Shown here: piece by piece, positions 36,290-46,218 of the stretch | How the letters are laid out: each line of letters begins with the position of its first letter | How positions within the stretch are numbered: position 1 is the first letter of the stretch | Virus record (IMG/VR): IMGVR_UViG_3300037471_001511 | Span: 1-64,000 of that record | Length of the DNA stretch: 64,000 nucleotides | Reading direction: 5' to 3' (one strand) | DNA from: a virus | Lineage: Duplodnaviria > Heunggongvirae > Uroviricota > Caudoviricetes | Notes under the pieces: model-generated | Database searches by the model: none | Seen by the model: the letters and a program-made list of their open reading frames with translations, nothing else | Told to the model about the DNA's origin: nothing | Program-made: the position numbers and the translations under genes

Positions 36290-39200
36290 AGCCCCCCGAC
36301 CTGGACTTGTTTGATCAGCTTCTTGGTCATCCCGCCGGTCTGGATGTCGTCGGAGATGACGGCGATCACGTCGCGCTTGGTCATCTGCGGCTTGTGGTTC
36401 GGCGCGACGACGTAGACGTTGACCTGATCGGGCTCGCGCTTCTGCTGCGCAGCCATGGGCGTGACCGCGCTGAGCCGGCGGTTGCCCATGGCGTTGACCT
36501 GCGACAGATGATCCTCGCCGATCATGTCAACCGCCGACTTGTTCAGGATCGCCTCGCCCGGCATCACCTTGGCGAGCACGCTGTCACGGAACGGCGCCGG
36601 CGTGCCCTGCGCGTAGCCGCGGACCGGCACCATGCCTTGCGCCGCCGCCATCCAGCCGGACGCCTCGCCCGCCGTGGAGAGGATGTCGGCGGTCTCGGCG
36701 GCGGGCGCCCCCATCCCGAACGCCCCCAGCACCGCGTTGGTGATGCCGCTGAACGTGCCGCCGGCGCCGAAGGCGTTGGCGATGCCTTGGATGGCCGCCT
36801 TCGCGGCGATCTCCGCAAGCATGTCGAGCGCCGCGTCCAGGATGCGGTGGATCATGCCCATGATCCCCTGCTCGACCGATACTTGGCCGGAGAGGATGTC
36901 GTGGATCGACGACCGCAGGCCTTCCTTGGCCTCGGCGAAGACGTTGCGCATGCCATCCGCGACGTCGGCGAGGACCGGCCGGTTTAGGCTCGCCTGTTCA
37001 CGGAAGCTCGCCCAAGCCGCCGCGATGGCCTCCGACGCGTTCTGGAATTCCTGGGCCGGCGCGGTCAGGCTGTCGAGCCGGACCTTCGTGGCGGCTACCG
37101 CCCGCTCGGCGTCTTGGAACGCGCGCGCGGTCTCACGCGCTTGGGCGGCGAACTCCTTGCTGCCGGTATCGGTCGCCGCCTTGTGCTGCGCCTCGACCAT
37201 CTCGCCGCGGCGCTTTTCCATCTCCGCGACGGCGCGGTTGTAGTCTGCCCGGGCGGCGTCGGCGGCGTTCAGGTCAGAGATCCGCTGCACGATCCGCTCG
37301 CGCTGCACCTCGCCGACCCGGCCTCGATTGATCGGGTTGTCGAGCGCGGCGAGCACGCCCTCGCGACGGGTGATCCGCTGGCGAACCACCTGCTCTTCGT
37401 TGATGGCGCGTTGCAGCACCGCCTCGAGCAGCGTGTTCGCGTCGGTCGCGGCCTTGTCGACGTACTCGTTGGTGATCTTCCGGCGCGCCTCGACCGCCTC
37501 GTGCGCGGTCGCCACCTGCTCGGCGGTCAGGTGCTTCTCACGCATGAACTTGGCGTCGGAGGCCGCGAGCGCCTGCTTCAGCGCATCCTGCCACGCCGTC
37601 ATGACGCCCTTGTTGGCCTGCTCGAGCGTCATCGAGCCGTTCTCGACGGCCTGGGCGGCGTCGGCGGTGGTCCGGTTGGCGGTCCGCTCGGCCTCGAGCG
37701 CCAGCAGGTCGTGGTAGGCTTCCAGGTTGCCGCCCACGATCTTGTCGAGGAACGCCTTGACGTCCTTGTCGCGGAAGGCCTCCAGACGTTCCTGCAACTG
37801 GCCGGCGTCGATCCCTTCGGCCTTGCCCTGCTGGCGGATGGCGTTCTCCTTCAACGCCTTCCACTGATCGAGCATGGCTTGGAGCTGCTTCAGTTTCTCC
37901 GGGTCCTGCAGATCCTTGGCCTCGGGGCCGAAGGACGCGACGAAGCTCTCGATCTGCTGCTGCAGGGCGTCGGCCTGCTTGGCAAAGGTGGTCGACCGGC
38001 TCTTGGCGGCCATGTCGAACTTCGAGCCGCCGCCACGCTCAGGCTTGAGCGGCGTGTTCTCAGCGATCCCGAGGTTGTCGGCGGCGGTCGCCGGGTCTTC
38101 GCCGTTGGCGATGGCCTTGTCGAACGCGGCTTCGGCCTTGAGACCCTGCGCCTTCTTACGCAGCTCGTCACGCTTCTTCTTGTCCTTCTCGTTCGCGGCC
38201 TCGGCCTCGTACTTCTTGGCCAGCACCTCTTTGGTCGACGCCGGCATGTCGGCGAGCTGCCGGCCGCCCGCCGCCGCGATCTCGGGACCACCCTCGACAC
38301 GGGACAGCAGGTATTCCTCCGCCGCCTTGTTCAGATCGACGACTTTGTTCTTGGCCTTGGGGTCGACGAAGATGCCGCGCCGATTAGCGAAGGCGGTGAG
38401 CATCTCCGTCGCGCCCGGCGTCTTCAGGAAGTCGGGCACGTTGGACTGCACGGTCTTCAGCAGTTCCTGATAGTTCTGCTGCGCCTGCGTGCGCCCTTGT
38501 AGGGCGGCGGCGGCCTTCTCGGCGGTGGTCCCGCCCGGCTGCGGTTTCTCCCGATGGATAATCGTGTCCGCCGCGCCCTGCACGTTCTGGTACGCCTTGC
38601 TGAGTACGGCGTCGGTTTGGCTCAGCTGTTCGTTCAGCGTGTCGATGTGACGATCCTGCGCCTCCACCTCGTTGGCTTGGATGGTCGCCTGGTCGAGCCC
38701 CTGTGTCAGGCCGCGCGCGTCGATGCCGCGGAATAGCCCGGCGTTCAGCGGCTTCCGGCCCGATCCCTCCGCCGGATGGTTCGCCTTGAACAGCTGGTCC
38801 TGAAGCTTGCGGAAGTCGGCCGGAGCGAGGGTCTTGCCCTGCGCCAGCACCTCGACCAGTTTTTTGTCCACGCCGGCTTCCTCGAGCGCGCCGCCGCGAA
38901 GCAGCAGCAGGCTCTGGGCGTAGCCCCGGGTCATCTGCACCGCCTTGTCGCGAGCCGACTCGGCGGCGTTGCGGGTGGCGGTGGCCTTCGAGCGCTCGAG
39001 CACGAGGAAGTCGCGGGCCTGCTTGGCCTGCTCGACGCTCAACTGGCGCAGCTTCACGATCAGGCCGTCGACATGGATCCCCACGTCGTCGATCTTCAGG
39101 CCCCAGTCCCCGAACTTCTTGATCGCGTTCTCGGTCGCGGTCCGGACGTTGTTGGTCTCGCCCGCTAGGTCGGCGTGGTGGTTGGTCAGGAACTTGATGT

Positions 39201-42200
39201 AGCCGTCGATCTCGGCCACCCGGTCCTGATACATCTTCACCTTGCCGGCCAGCTCGTCCATCTCGCCCTTGAACTTCTGCACCTGCGCCGTCGCGGACGC
39301 CTGCACCGCGTCGTAGCCGCTCAGGGCGAAGGTCAGGGCGGTGATCGCCGCCCCCATGAGGAAGACCGGGTTAGTGATCATCGCGGCCGTGAAGCCGCGT
39401 ACGGCGCCACCAGCGATGGCGGCCGACATGCCCACGTCCTTGATGTTCAGAGCGGCCAAGGCGAGACCGCTGGCGAGGATCCGCGTGGCGGGTGTCATGC
39501 CCAGGAAGCCGATCGTCAGACGTGTCAGCCACATGACCGTCGACGCCAGCCCCATGGACGCCAGCGCGATGGCGATCACTTGGAACGCGGGACCGGCCCG
39601 CGCCGCGCCGCTGACCACGGCGGCCAGCCCCTTGATGAACCCACCGAGCACCGCCAGCACCGGGGCGCCGGCCGTGTAGGTGAATTGGGTCACCGCGTTG
39701 GTGAGCTGGGTCCAGCGGGCCGCGAAGGTGTTGAGCTGGATCGCCGCCGCCTCGTTGGCCGCGTGGCTGTCCCGCACCGCTTCGGAGACCTCGTGCAGCT
39801 TGTCGAGGTTGCCGCTGAGCGCCGCGAACATGGACGCCGAACGGATCTCCAAGGTGTTCATCGCGTCGGCTGTGGTGAAGCCAGCGGTCTTCAGCGTCTC
39901 GAGCGCCCCCTCCAGCCCGTGCAGCGTGGGGTTCACGTCGGAGGCCGACAGGTGGAGCTTGGTCAGCACCGCCTGCAGCTTCTTGTTCGGCTCTTCCAGT
40001 TCGGTCAGCAGCGAGCGCACGCCGGTGCCGATTGTGGAACCGCTCTTGATGCCGGCGTCGGCAGCCGCCGACATGGCCCCGACCAGCTCCTCGAACTCGA
40101 TGCCGGTCTGCGCCGCCGTGTTGCCGGCATACTGGATGCCCAGGCTCAGCTGCTCCATCGACAGCTTCGAACGGTTCAGCGCCTCGGTCAGGGCGTTGGC
40201 CACGTAGCCTGACCGCTCGATGGACATGTTCCAGATGTTCAGCACCGAGGTGACGATGTTCGTCGCGTCCTCGAGGCTGGACCCGGACGCCGCCGCCAGC
40301 TTGGCGATGTCGCCCAGCGCCATCTGGATCTGGCTGGCGCTGTAGCCGGCCTGCGCCATGGTGGTGGCCGACTTGGCCAGTTCCGCCGTGGAGAATTTCG
40401 AGGTCTGGCCGATCTCGAAGATCGTGCTCCGCAGCTTGTCCATCGCCGGGTCGGTCGCCTGGGCGATGGCCTGCAGGTTCTTCAGCTCCTTTTCGAGCTG
40501 GATGGTCGACGACGCCGCGTAGGCCGCCGTGCCGATGCCGGCCCCGAGCAAGGCGTAGTTGCCGAGGAACCCGGCCTGCAGTCCGAGCTGGGCGGCGCCG
40601 CCCTGTGCGCTCTGCCGCATCCGGCTGTACTGGATGCCGGCTTGGACCCGTTCCTCCATGGTGGGGGTGGGTGCCTTGGTGGCGACAGGCGTGGGCGTGC
40701 GCGGCGGCTTGGGCGGCAGCGGCACGAACGACGCCATGCGGGCGTTGATTTCCTTGTCGAGCACCGCCGCCAAGCTCGCCCGGTCGGGCACGAACCCGGA
40801 CGGTCCGTAGGCCGTGCCGTGGCCGACCAGCCGGTTCAGCACCTCTTCGCGCCGGACGCCGCGCAGTGCGGCGTCGGGCAGCTTGGCGATGGTGCCGGCC
40901 GCGTTCTTGGCGAAGCGCTCGAGGCTCTTCTGTTCGAGGTCGAACCGCTCCTTGACGGCCTTCGTCTTGGCCGCGGTGACCTCGTCCTCGAACTTCTTGT
41001 AGTCGCCCATCGCGCCGCGGACGAACTCACGCCAGTTCGGGTCGCCGGGGCGGACGCCGTAGAGCTGGGCGGCGCCCGACACGTAGGCGCGGCGCGTGTC
41101 GGCCGCCGTGCCGCCGAGGGCGGAGGCGCGCTCGAACAGCACCTTGCGCAGCGCCTCGTCGCGCCCCGCCTCGGCCTTCATCAGCTTCAGACGCTGGACG
41201 GCCGGGTCGTGCTTCAGATCGTCGAGGATCTGCTGCGCCTTCGGCGCCGTCTTGGGCAGCTTGTCCACCACCGTGGCCAGATGCTGCGCGATGGCGTCGT
41301 CGAGCTTGGCGGCGAGCTTGCCCTTCTCGAGCGTGAAGCCCTCGGGCGAGAACCGGCCCGAGTAGCGCTCCAAGCCCTCGAGCGCCTTGGCGACGGCGAC
41401 GGCCCGCTCACCTTCCGGCAAGCCGGCGATCTTGCCGGCCGAGCGCGCGGCCAGGTTCTCGAGCCGCTCCTGCTCGAGCTGCATCGCCGACTTGCCGACC
41501 TTCACCGGCCTGGGTTTGGCGACCTGCTCGACCGCGGTGGCGATGTGACGCTCGATCTCCCGGTCCAGTTCGGCCGTGAGCTTCGCCGAGTTGAGCCGAA
41601 CGCCCTCGGTGTCGGCCAGATCCTGCAGGCGCTTGACCACCAGATCCCGGCGCTGGGCGCGGATCTCCGGATCCTGGATACGGGCGATGGACCGGGCCGA
41701 ACGCTTGGCTTGGCGCTCGAAGTCGGCCTGCTCGACCCGGGCGCGCTGGTCGAGCGCCTTCTTGGCGATGACCGCGCGCTCGTCCTCGAACTTCTGGAAG
41801 TTGGCGATCTCGTCGCGGCGGAGCTGCTCGAAACGCTCCTTGTCGGCCTTGGCGATTCCGACCGCCCGGGCCACCTCGTTCACGTAGACCTTCTGCAGGT
41901 CGGACGCCCGCGCGTTCTGGGGCGCCGCCGCACGGATGCGGTCGTAGAGCACCCGGCGCGCATCGAGCACCTTGTTCAGTTCCGTCTCGGTCTTGATCAG
42001 ACGCACCACGCCGTCGGCCTGGACGGTGTTCGCCAGCGCCCGCTGCTGGGCGTTGGTGAGCGCGACCTCGGGCGTGCCCTGACCGATGGCGGCCACCGCC
42101 CGGGTCAGGCTCTTCATGTTGGCGGGGAGTTTGACCTCGCCGAACTGACGCTGGATCTTCTCGAAGCCCTTGGGGATGTCGACCGATAGCGCCTGTCGCA

Positions 42201-42327
42201 GACGGACCTCGAACGCCTCGAGCACGCCGATGAGCTGCACCAGCTCTTGGGAGGTGGTCCGGATGGCGTTGTTGGCGGCTGTCGCGTCCGCCTCGACAAT
42301 GACGTCGACTTCCTGCCGGTCGGTCAT
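36286..42327 (-). CDS. tail tape measure protein (2013 aa)
   Basis: very long, Ala/Glu/Lys-rich coiled regions plus hydrophobic central segments; follows the G/GT chaperone genes. Confidence 0.9.
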   Translation of the reverse strand: MTDRQEVDVIVEADATAANNAIRTTSQELVQLIGVLEAFEVRLRQALSVDIPKGFEKIQRQFGEVKLPANMKSLTRAVAAIGQGTPEVALTNAQQRALANTVQADGVVRLIKTETELNKVLDARRVLYDRIRAAAPQNARASDLQKVYVNEVARAVGIAKADKERFEQLRRDEIANFQKFEDERAVIAKKALDQRARVEQADFERQAKRSARSIARIQDPEIRAQRRDLVVKRLQDLADTEGVRLNSAKLTAELDREIERHIATAVEQVAKPRPVKVGKSAMQLEQERLENLAARSAGKIAGLPEGERAVAVAKALEGLERYSGRFSPEGFTLEKGKLAAKLDDAIAQHLATVVDKLPKTAPKAQQILDDLKHDPAVQRLKLMKAEAGRDEALRKVLFERASALGGTAADTRRAYVSGAAQLYGVRPGDPNWREFVRGAMGDYKKFEDEVTAAKTKAVKERFDLEQKSLERFAKNAAGTIAKLPDAALRGVRREEVLNRLVGHGTAYGPSGFVPDRASLAAVLDKEINARMASFVPLPPKPPRTPTPVATKAPTPTMEERVQAGIQYSRMRQSAQGGAAQLGLQAGFLGNYALLGAGIGTAAYAASSTIQLEKELKNLQAIAQATDPAMDKLRSTIFEIGQTSKFSTAELAKSATTMAQAGYSASQIQMALGDIAKLAAASGSSLEDATNIVTSVLNIWNMSIERSGYVANALTEALNRSKLSMEQLSLGIQYAGNTAAQTGIEFEELVGAMSAAADAGIKSGSTIGTGVRSLLTELEEPNKKLQAVLTKLHLSASDVNPTLHGLEGALETLKTAGFTTADAMNTLEIRSASMFAALSGNLDKLHEVSEAVRDSHAANEAAAIQLNTFAARWTQLTNAVTQFTYTAGAPVLAVLGGFIKGLAAVVSGAARAGPAFQVIAIALASMGLASTVMWLTRLTIGFLGMTPATRILASGLALAALNIKDVGMSAAIAGGAVRGFTAAMITNPVFLMGAAITALTFALSGYDAVQASATAQVQKFKGEMDELAGKVKMYQDRVAEIDGYIKFLTNHHADLAGETNNVRTATENAIKKFGDWGLKIDDVGIHVDGLIVKLRQLSVEQAKQARDFLVLERSKATATRNAAESARDKAVQMTRGYAQSLLLLRGGALEEAGVDKKLVEVLAQGKTLAPADFRKLQDQLFKANHPAEGSGRKPLNAGLFRGIDARGLTQGLDQATIQANEVEAQDRHIDTLNEQLSQTDAVLSKAYQNVQGAADTIIHREKPQPGGTTAEKAAAALQGRTQAQQNYQELLKTVQSNVPDFLKTPGATEMLTAFANRRGIFVDPKAKNKVVDLNKAAEEYLLSRVEGGPEIAAAGGRQLADMPASTKEVLAKKYEAEAANEKDKKKRDELRKKAQGLKAEAAFDKAIANGEDPATAADNLGIAENTPLKPERGGGSKFDMAAKSRSTTFAKQADALQQQIESFVASFGPEAKDLQDPEKLKQLQAMLDQWKALKENAIRQQGKAEGIDAGQLQERLEAFRDKDVKAFLDKIVGGNLEAYHDLLALEAERTANRTTADAAQAVENGSMTLEQANKGVMTAWQDALKQALAASDAKFMREKHLTAEQVATAHEAVEARRKITNEYVDKAATDANTLLEAVLQRAINEEQVVRQRITRREGVLAALDNPINRGRVGEVQRERIVQRISDLNAADAARADYNRAVAEMEKRRGEMVEAQHKAATDTGSKEFAAQARETARAFQDAERAVAATKVRLDSLTAPAQEFQNASEAIAAAWASFREQASLNRPVLADVADGMRNVFAEAKEGLRSSIHDILSGQVSVEQGIMGMIHRILDAALDMLAEIAAKAAIQGIANAFGAGGTFSGITNAVLGAFGMGAPAAETADILSTAGEASGWMAAAQGMVPVRGYAQGTPAPFRDSVLAKVMPGEAILNKSAVDMIGEDHLSQVNAMGNRRLSAVTPMAAQQKREPDQVNVYVVAPNHKPQMTKRDVIAVISDDIQTGGMTKKLIKQVQVGGL

Positions 42328-42982
42328 CCCAGTCTCTTAAGCAGAAGGGCCTCGAGTTGGTCCGCCGTCTTGGGTGCGCTGGAAGGATCGGCGCCCTTCT
42401 TCCCGCCACCGAGAGCCCTCGCCACGACGATGCTTAGGGTCTCGTAGAACTGAGCAACATCAGCCGTCTTTTCTTCACACCGCAGATTGATCTTGGCCTT
42501 CAGATCTTCGTACGAGCACCGACCATAAAGATCGCGGAGTTCGCTCGGGACTACGCCGAACGCCCAGCAGCAAGATCTTTCGAAATTAAGTCGCGTAAGC
42601 CAGGAAGTGACGACTGAAGGGCCGCCGTGATCGGTTCCAGATTTGCGGCCTGCTTTGCTGACATCTGGAACTGCCTCGCGAAAAAACTCATCAGGTGCCC
42701 TTGCACCCACATGAGGATCTTCTCGATTTCATCGGCGGTGAGTTCGTCTTCGGCCAGCGGGTAGTCGAGACCTCCGGCCGGGCCGGCCTTGCTGTCGAGC
42801 ATGACCTTCAGGATCATCTCGCTGAGGTCCGGGTCGTAGACCAGGAACGGAAGGCGGTCCGGCTCGCCCAGCATCCGCAGACACTGGTTCAGGCGCAGGA
42901 ACGACATGAACAGTTCGCGCGGCCCGTCTCGGTGCGTGATCTCAAGTCGGGCCGGCGGGATGGGGATTTCAGCGGCTTCCAA
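42324..42982 (-). CDS. tail assembly chaperone G-T fusion produced by programmed -1 frameshift
   Basis: the -1 frame of the gpG-like gene continues as track ORF 42324..42710 (EFFREAVPDVSK...) from the slippery heptamer. Confidence 0.6.
42551..42982 (-). CDS. tail assembly chaperone (lambda gpG-like)
   Basis: position upstream of tape measure; contains slippery site. Confidence 0.65.
   Translation of the reverse strand: MEAAEIPIPPARLEITHRDGPRELFMSFLRLNQCLRMLGEPDRLPFLVYDPDLSEMILKVMLDSKAGPAGGLDYPLAEDELTADEIEKILMWVQGHLMSFFARQFQMSAKQAANLEPITAALQSSLPGLRDLISKDLAAGRSA
42680..42686 (-). other. slippery heptamer T TTT TTC for -1 ribosomal frameshift
   Basis: minus-strand ATG AGT TTT TTC GCG; X XXY YYZ pattern. 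Confidence 0.6.
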
Positions 42983-43061
42983 GGAGGGGCTCCGATACGG
43001 AAAGGGCCTGCGCCGCGAATTTCGCGTGGCGCAGGCCCCCCTTCAAGGACAAGCCTCGGAG

Positions 43062-43078
43062 CGGTTCCAGTAGAACCG
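43062..43078. promoter_or_regulatory. motif copy CGGTTCCAGTAGAACCG
   Basis: between the major tail gene and the G/GT genes. Confidence 0.4.
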
Positions 43079-43079
43079 G

Positions 43080-43874
43080 TTAGCGCTTCAGCACCTTCCA
43101 GGTCTTCAGCCCGCCGAATTCAGCATAGTGCGCGTCCGCCGGCAGCAGCGTGTACGGCGTGAACTCGAACGGCATGTTGCTGAAGTTGTCGGTCTGGAAG
43201 GCCAGATTGATGCCCTTGGTGATCTTCACTTTCGGGAAGATCAGCACGCAGGGCTCGCCCGACTCCGGCAGGTTGCCGACCAGCTTGATGCCGTACTGGG
43301 GCTGGCGGGCTTGGCCGCCCACGTTGATCGAGTGGACCCGGTAGACCGTGGTGGTGGCGACCGCCCAGCTCCGCTTGATCGGGTAGCCCGACGCCATGGT
43401 CAGGGTGTCGGTGGACTTGGACGCGACCTTGCCGACGTAGACGTCGTCGGAGTCGGTGGTCTGCATCAGCACCCAGTCGCCCGCGGCGAAGTCGGCGCCG
43501 TCGCCGGTGCCCAGAGGCAGCGTCACGTTGCTCGGACCGCCGGTGATCGCCGAGCCCAGCGCGTAGGTGTCGGTGATCGGGTCGTACGTGGACGGCGAAC
43601 CGTCGAGGCCGGCGCCGTAGGCCAGGTTGCGGGCGGTGTATTCGTAGATCTCGGCCGAGATCTTGGCAGTGTTCTGGGTGTTCACCGAGGCCACGACCTG
43701 CGCCTGCACGCCCTGCGTCAGCTCGACGAAGGACTGCTCCACGCTCACCTGGACGTTCTTCACCAGTCCGAGGCTGTGCGTGGTGGGGATCAGATCGAAG
43801 ACGTCCGCCGACGGGCCGACCATGAGGGTCGCGTTGGTCAGCAGGAAGTCATTGGTTTTAGCCTCACCGCTCAT
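43080..43874 (-). CDS. major tail protein (gpV-like)
   Basis: 264 aa, position upstream of G/GT, Thr/Val/Gly-rich. Confidence 0.6.
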   Translation of the reverse strand: MSGEAKTNDFLLTNATLMVGPSADVFDLIPTTHSLGLVKNVQVSVEQSFVELTQGVQAQVVASVNTQNTAKISAEIYEYTARNLAYGAGLDGSPSTYDPITDTYALGSAITGGPSNVTLPLGTGDGADFAAGDWVLMQTTDSDDVYVGKVASKSTDTLTMASGYPIKRSWAVATTTVYRVHSINVGGQARQPQYGIKLVGNLPESGEPCVLIFPKVKITKGINLAFQTDNFSNMPFEFTPYTLLPADAHYAEFGGLKTWKVLKR

Positions 43875-43973
43875 GGCGGAGCCCTCCGAGATCTCTGGCG
43901 AGTATCAGGAGGGTATTTGCCGACGGCCTATTCTGCTGTACATGATGGAGAATAATGAAAAGGACGGAACTAT

Positions 43974-44406
43974 GAGCAAGCAGCGCAACATCAGCTTCAT
44001 GGTCCCGAAGTATCTACTGGAACAAATCGAAAATCGGGCCAGGCTGAACGGCCGCAAGCGCAACGCCGAGGTGCGCTACCTCGTGGCCATGGCGCTCGAC
44101 CTTGTCGGGGACGAGGACTTCCGCCTCGACCTGCCGCCCGCCGCCGAGGTGCCGTGGGTCCACATCCCGGCCGGCTTCAAGCACGAGACGTTCTCCCAGA
44201 TCGAGGAGCGCGCCGAACGCTTCGAACGCTCCGTCGGCCGCGAGATCGTCCGCCTCGCCGGCTACGCGCTGCAGGAGACCGCCAACCGCGACATCAAGCT
44301 GCTCGCAGACCTGATGCAGCACCAGGATCCAGCAGGGCCTGCACGTTCAGAAACCGGACCGAGCGCATTTCCGCCTTCGCCGGAGGCGACACTTCCTGCG
44401 GCGTGA
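43974..44406 (+). CDS. ribbon-helix-helix (Arc/MetJ-like) DNA-binding protein on the opposite strand within the tail/head module
   Basis: ISFMVPKYLLEQIENRARLNGRKRNAEVRYLVAMAL; possible second RHH-like unit (FERSVGREIVRLAGYAL); AT-richer 100-bp upstream region; 3' end overlaps a convergent gene, so true stop is uncertain. Confidence 0.5.
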
Positions 44407-44761
44407 CCACCACCATCCAGGTGGCCGGCTCAGTGCTGTCGTGGTCGTAGACCGCCATCCGCGTCGTCGGCTTCAGAAGGCCGCGCAGCTCGGAAATCAT
44501 CTTGGTCAGGGTGAAGTGGTTCGGGTCCGACACCACGCACACGCCGATCGAGAAGGTGATCAGGTAGATCCCCTCCTCCTCCTCCCGCAGCGAGATCATC
44601 GCCGGCCCGACGAGGTTCCCCTCCGGCAGCTCAGACAGCTCGGCGTGGGCGTCCCAGTTCACGTACTTCAGCTTGGACGCGACGGTCTGGGTCTCGCGCC
44701 AGTCCTGCACCCACTTCACCACCGACTGGTAGACGTTGTTGAACAGGTCCACGTCCTTCAT
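44294..44761 (-). CDS. hypothetical head-tail joining/tail terminator-like protein (155 aa)
   Basis: position between major tail and head genes. Confidence 0.4.
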   Translation of the reverse strand: MKDVDLFNNVYQSVVKWVQDWRETQTVASKLKYVNWDAHAELSELPEGNLVGPAMISLREEEEGIYLITFSIGVCVVSDPNHFTLTKMISELRGLLKPTTRMAVYDHDSTEPATWMVVVTPQEVSPPAKAEMRSVRFLNVQALLDPGAASGLRAA

Positions 44762-45687
44762 CGCTGCCCCCTCGACGAACGGTTGACGAAGCCGGTCAGA
44801 CGCCGGCGCAGCACGTTGGGCAGGCGCACGAGCACCCAGAACTGCACCGCCGGGGCGACCAGCCCCCGATAGTGAGAAACCAGAGCCCCGTGTCCCCGAC
44901 CTTGGCCGTGCGAGTGCCAGTGGCGCTGTACGAGCTTGGCCGCCGTGCGCAGGCCGCCGAACATCGCTTCCTCAAGCCGGCCGGACTGGTTCACGTTCGC
45001 CCAGTTACCGCTGAACAGGCCCGGCGCGACCAGCGGGCTCAGCTTCGGGAACATGCGAACGCGCAGCGTCCCGATGATGAACTTGTCCACCGACGCGGCG
45101 GCGCCCTTGCCGGGTCCGAGCCCCACGAGCTGGCGGCTCCGGCCGCCGACGTTCAGGTGCAGCCGCTGGTTCTGCCCCTTCGAGATCGCGCCGTCCGCGA
45201 TCTCGACCTGCACGCCGCCAAGCCGGCTGTGGACGATGGAGACGCCGAAGCGGTTGAAGTAGGCCTTCAGCCCGCCGCGCAGCACGAAGAACTTGTGGGC
45301 GTTGTGCGGGAACTTTCGCCGCTTGTAGTTGGCGTAGCGGAGCGTCAGCGACCGCCACTCGACGTTGCCGCCCGCCCGCAGCACGGAGGGCACCTCGCCC
45401 AGGCTGCCGCCGGCCAGCATCTTGCCGGTGAGCAGGTTGTAGTCCGTGCCCAGTCGGGACTGGTCGATGATCTGGGCGATGGTCGGGAACAGCCTGTTGG
45501 CTTCCTCGACCGCGGCGATTTGGAGCTTCGCCCGCAGCTCTCGGAGCATCTGCGGCGAGGCGTCGAGCGTGGCCTGCTTGACCTCGTCCACCAAGATCGA
45601 CTGCAGACGGTTCTGTGCCGTGGCCAGAAACGCAGGCTTGCCCGGCCGCGACTCGAGCACCAGTTGCCGGCCGACGAACACCTTCAT
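44758..45687 (-). CDS. hypothetical structural protein (309 aa)
   Basis: internal ATG (MKVFVGRQLVLESRP...); upstream part of track ORF is Arg-rich. Confidence 0.4.
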   Translation of the reverse strand: MKVFVGRQLVLESRPGKPAFLATAQNRLQSILVDEVKQATLDASPQMLRELRAKLQIAAVEEANRLFPTIAQIIDQSRLGTDYNLLTGKMLAGGSLGEVPSVLRAGGNVEWRSLTLRYANYKRRKFPHNAHKFFVLRGGLKAYFNRFGVSIVHSRLGGVQVEIADGAISKGQNQRLHLNVGGRSRQLVGLGPGKGAAASVDKFIIGTLRVRMFPKLSPLVAPGLFSGNWANVNQSGRLEEAMFGGLRTAAKLVQRHWHSHGQGRGHGALVSHYRGLVAPAVQFWVLVRLPNVLRRRLTGFVNRSSRGQR

Positions 45688-46217
45688 CCCTGCAGCACCG
45701 CGATGGTGACGCCGAGCGCCGAGGCGACGCGGTCCACCTTCTTGCCGTCGATGTAGTCGTTGATCTGCACCGGGGCGCCGGTGGCGATGGTGTACTGTTC
45801 CTGCGAGATGCGCAGGCTCAGGTCGACGAACTCGCGTCGCACCCGCTCCCACATCACCCAGATCGTGCCGAGCAGCTCCTGCTGACCCCCTGCGCGTTCG
45901 AGCTTGGTCAGCGGATCGACGCCCACCTGCGGCCGGGTCCAGTCGACCTGACGGTCGCATCGGAACAGATGATGGATCCGCCAGTCCTGGTCGGAGAAAT
46001 GGTCGCAGACGAGGTAGTTGGCCCCGCCCTGGATGGTGATCACCTGCCCCGACTTCACCAAGCTGTCCCGCCGCACCCGGCAGGTCAGCTTGGGGTGGGC
46101 GAACTCGAGGCCGGGCTGATCGACCTGCGAGGGGCGCTGCACGATGGCGCGGGTCTTCGGCCCGCCGATGATCTGGACGGGCTCGAAGAACCGCTCGTCG
46201 GTCTTCGAGATCCTCAT
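45684..46217 (-). CDS. hypothetical head-tail connector region protein
   Basis: ORF in series, overlapping stops/starts. Confidence 0.4.
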   Translation of the reverse strand: MRISKTDERFFEPVQIIGGPKTRAIVQRPSQVDQPGLEFAHPKLTCRVRRDSLVKSGQVITIQGGANYLVCDHFSDQDWRIHHLFRCDRQVDWTRPQVGVDPLTKLERAGGQQELLGTIWVMWERVRREFVDLSLRISQEQYTIATGAPVQINDYIDGKKVDRVASALGVTIAVLQG

Positions 46218-46218
46218 C

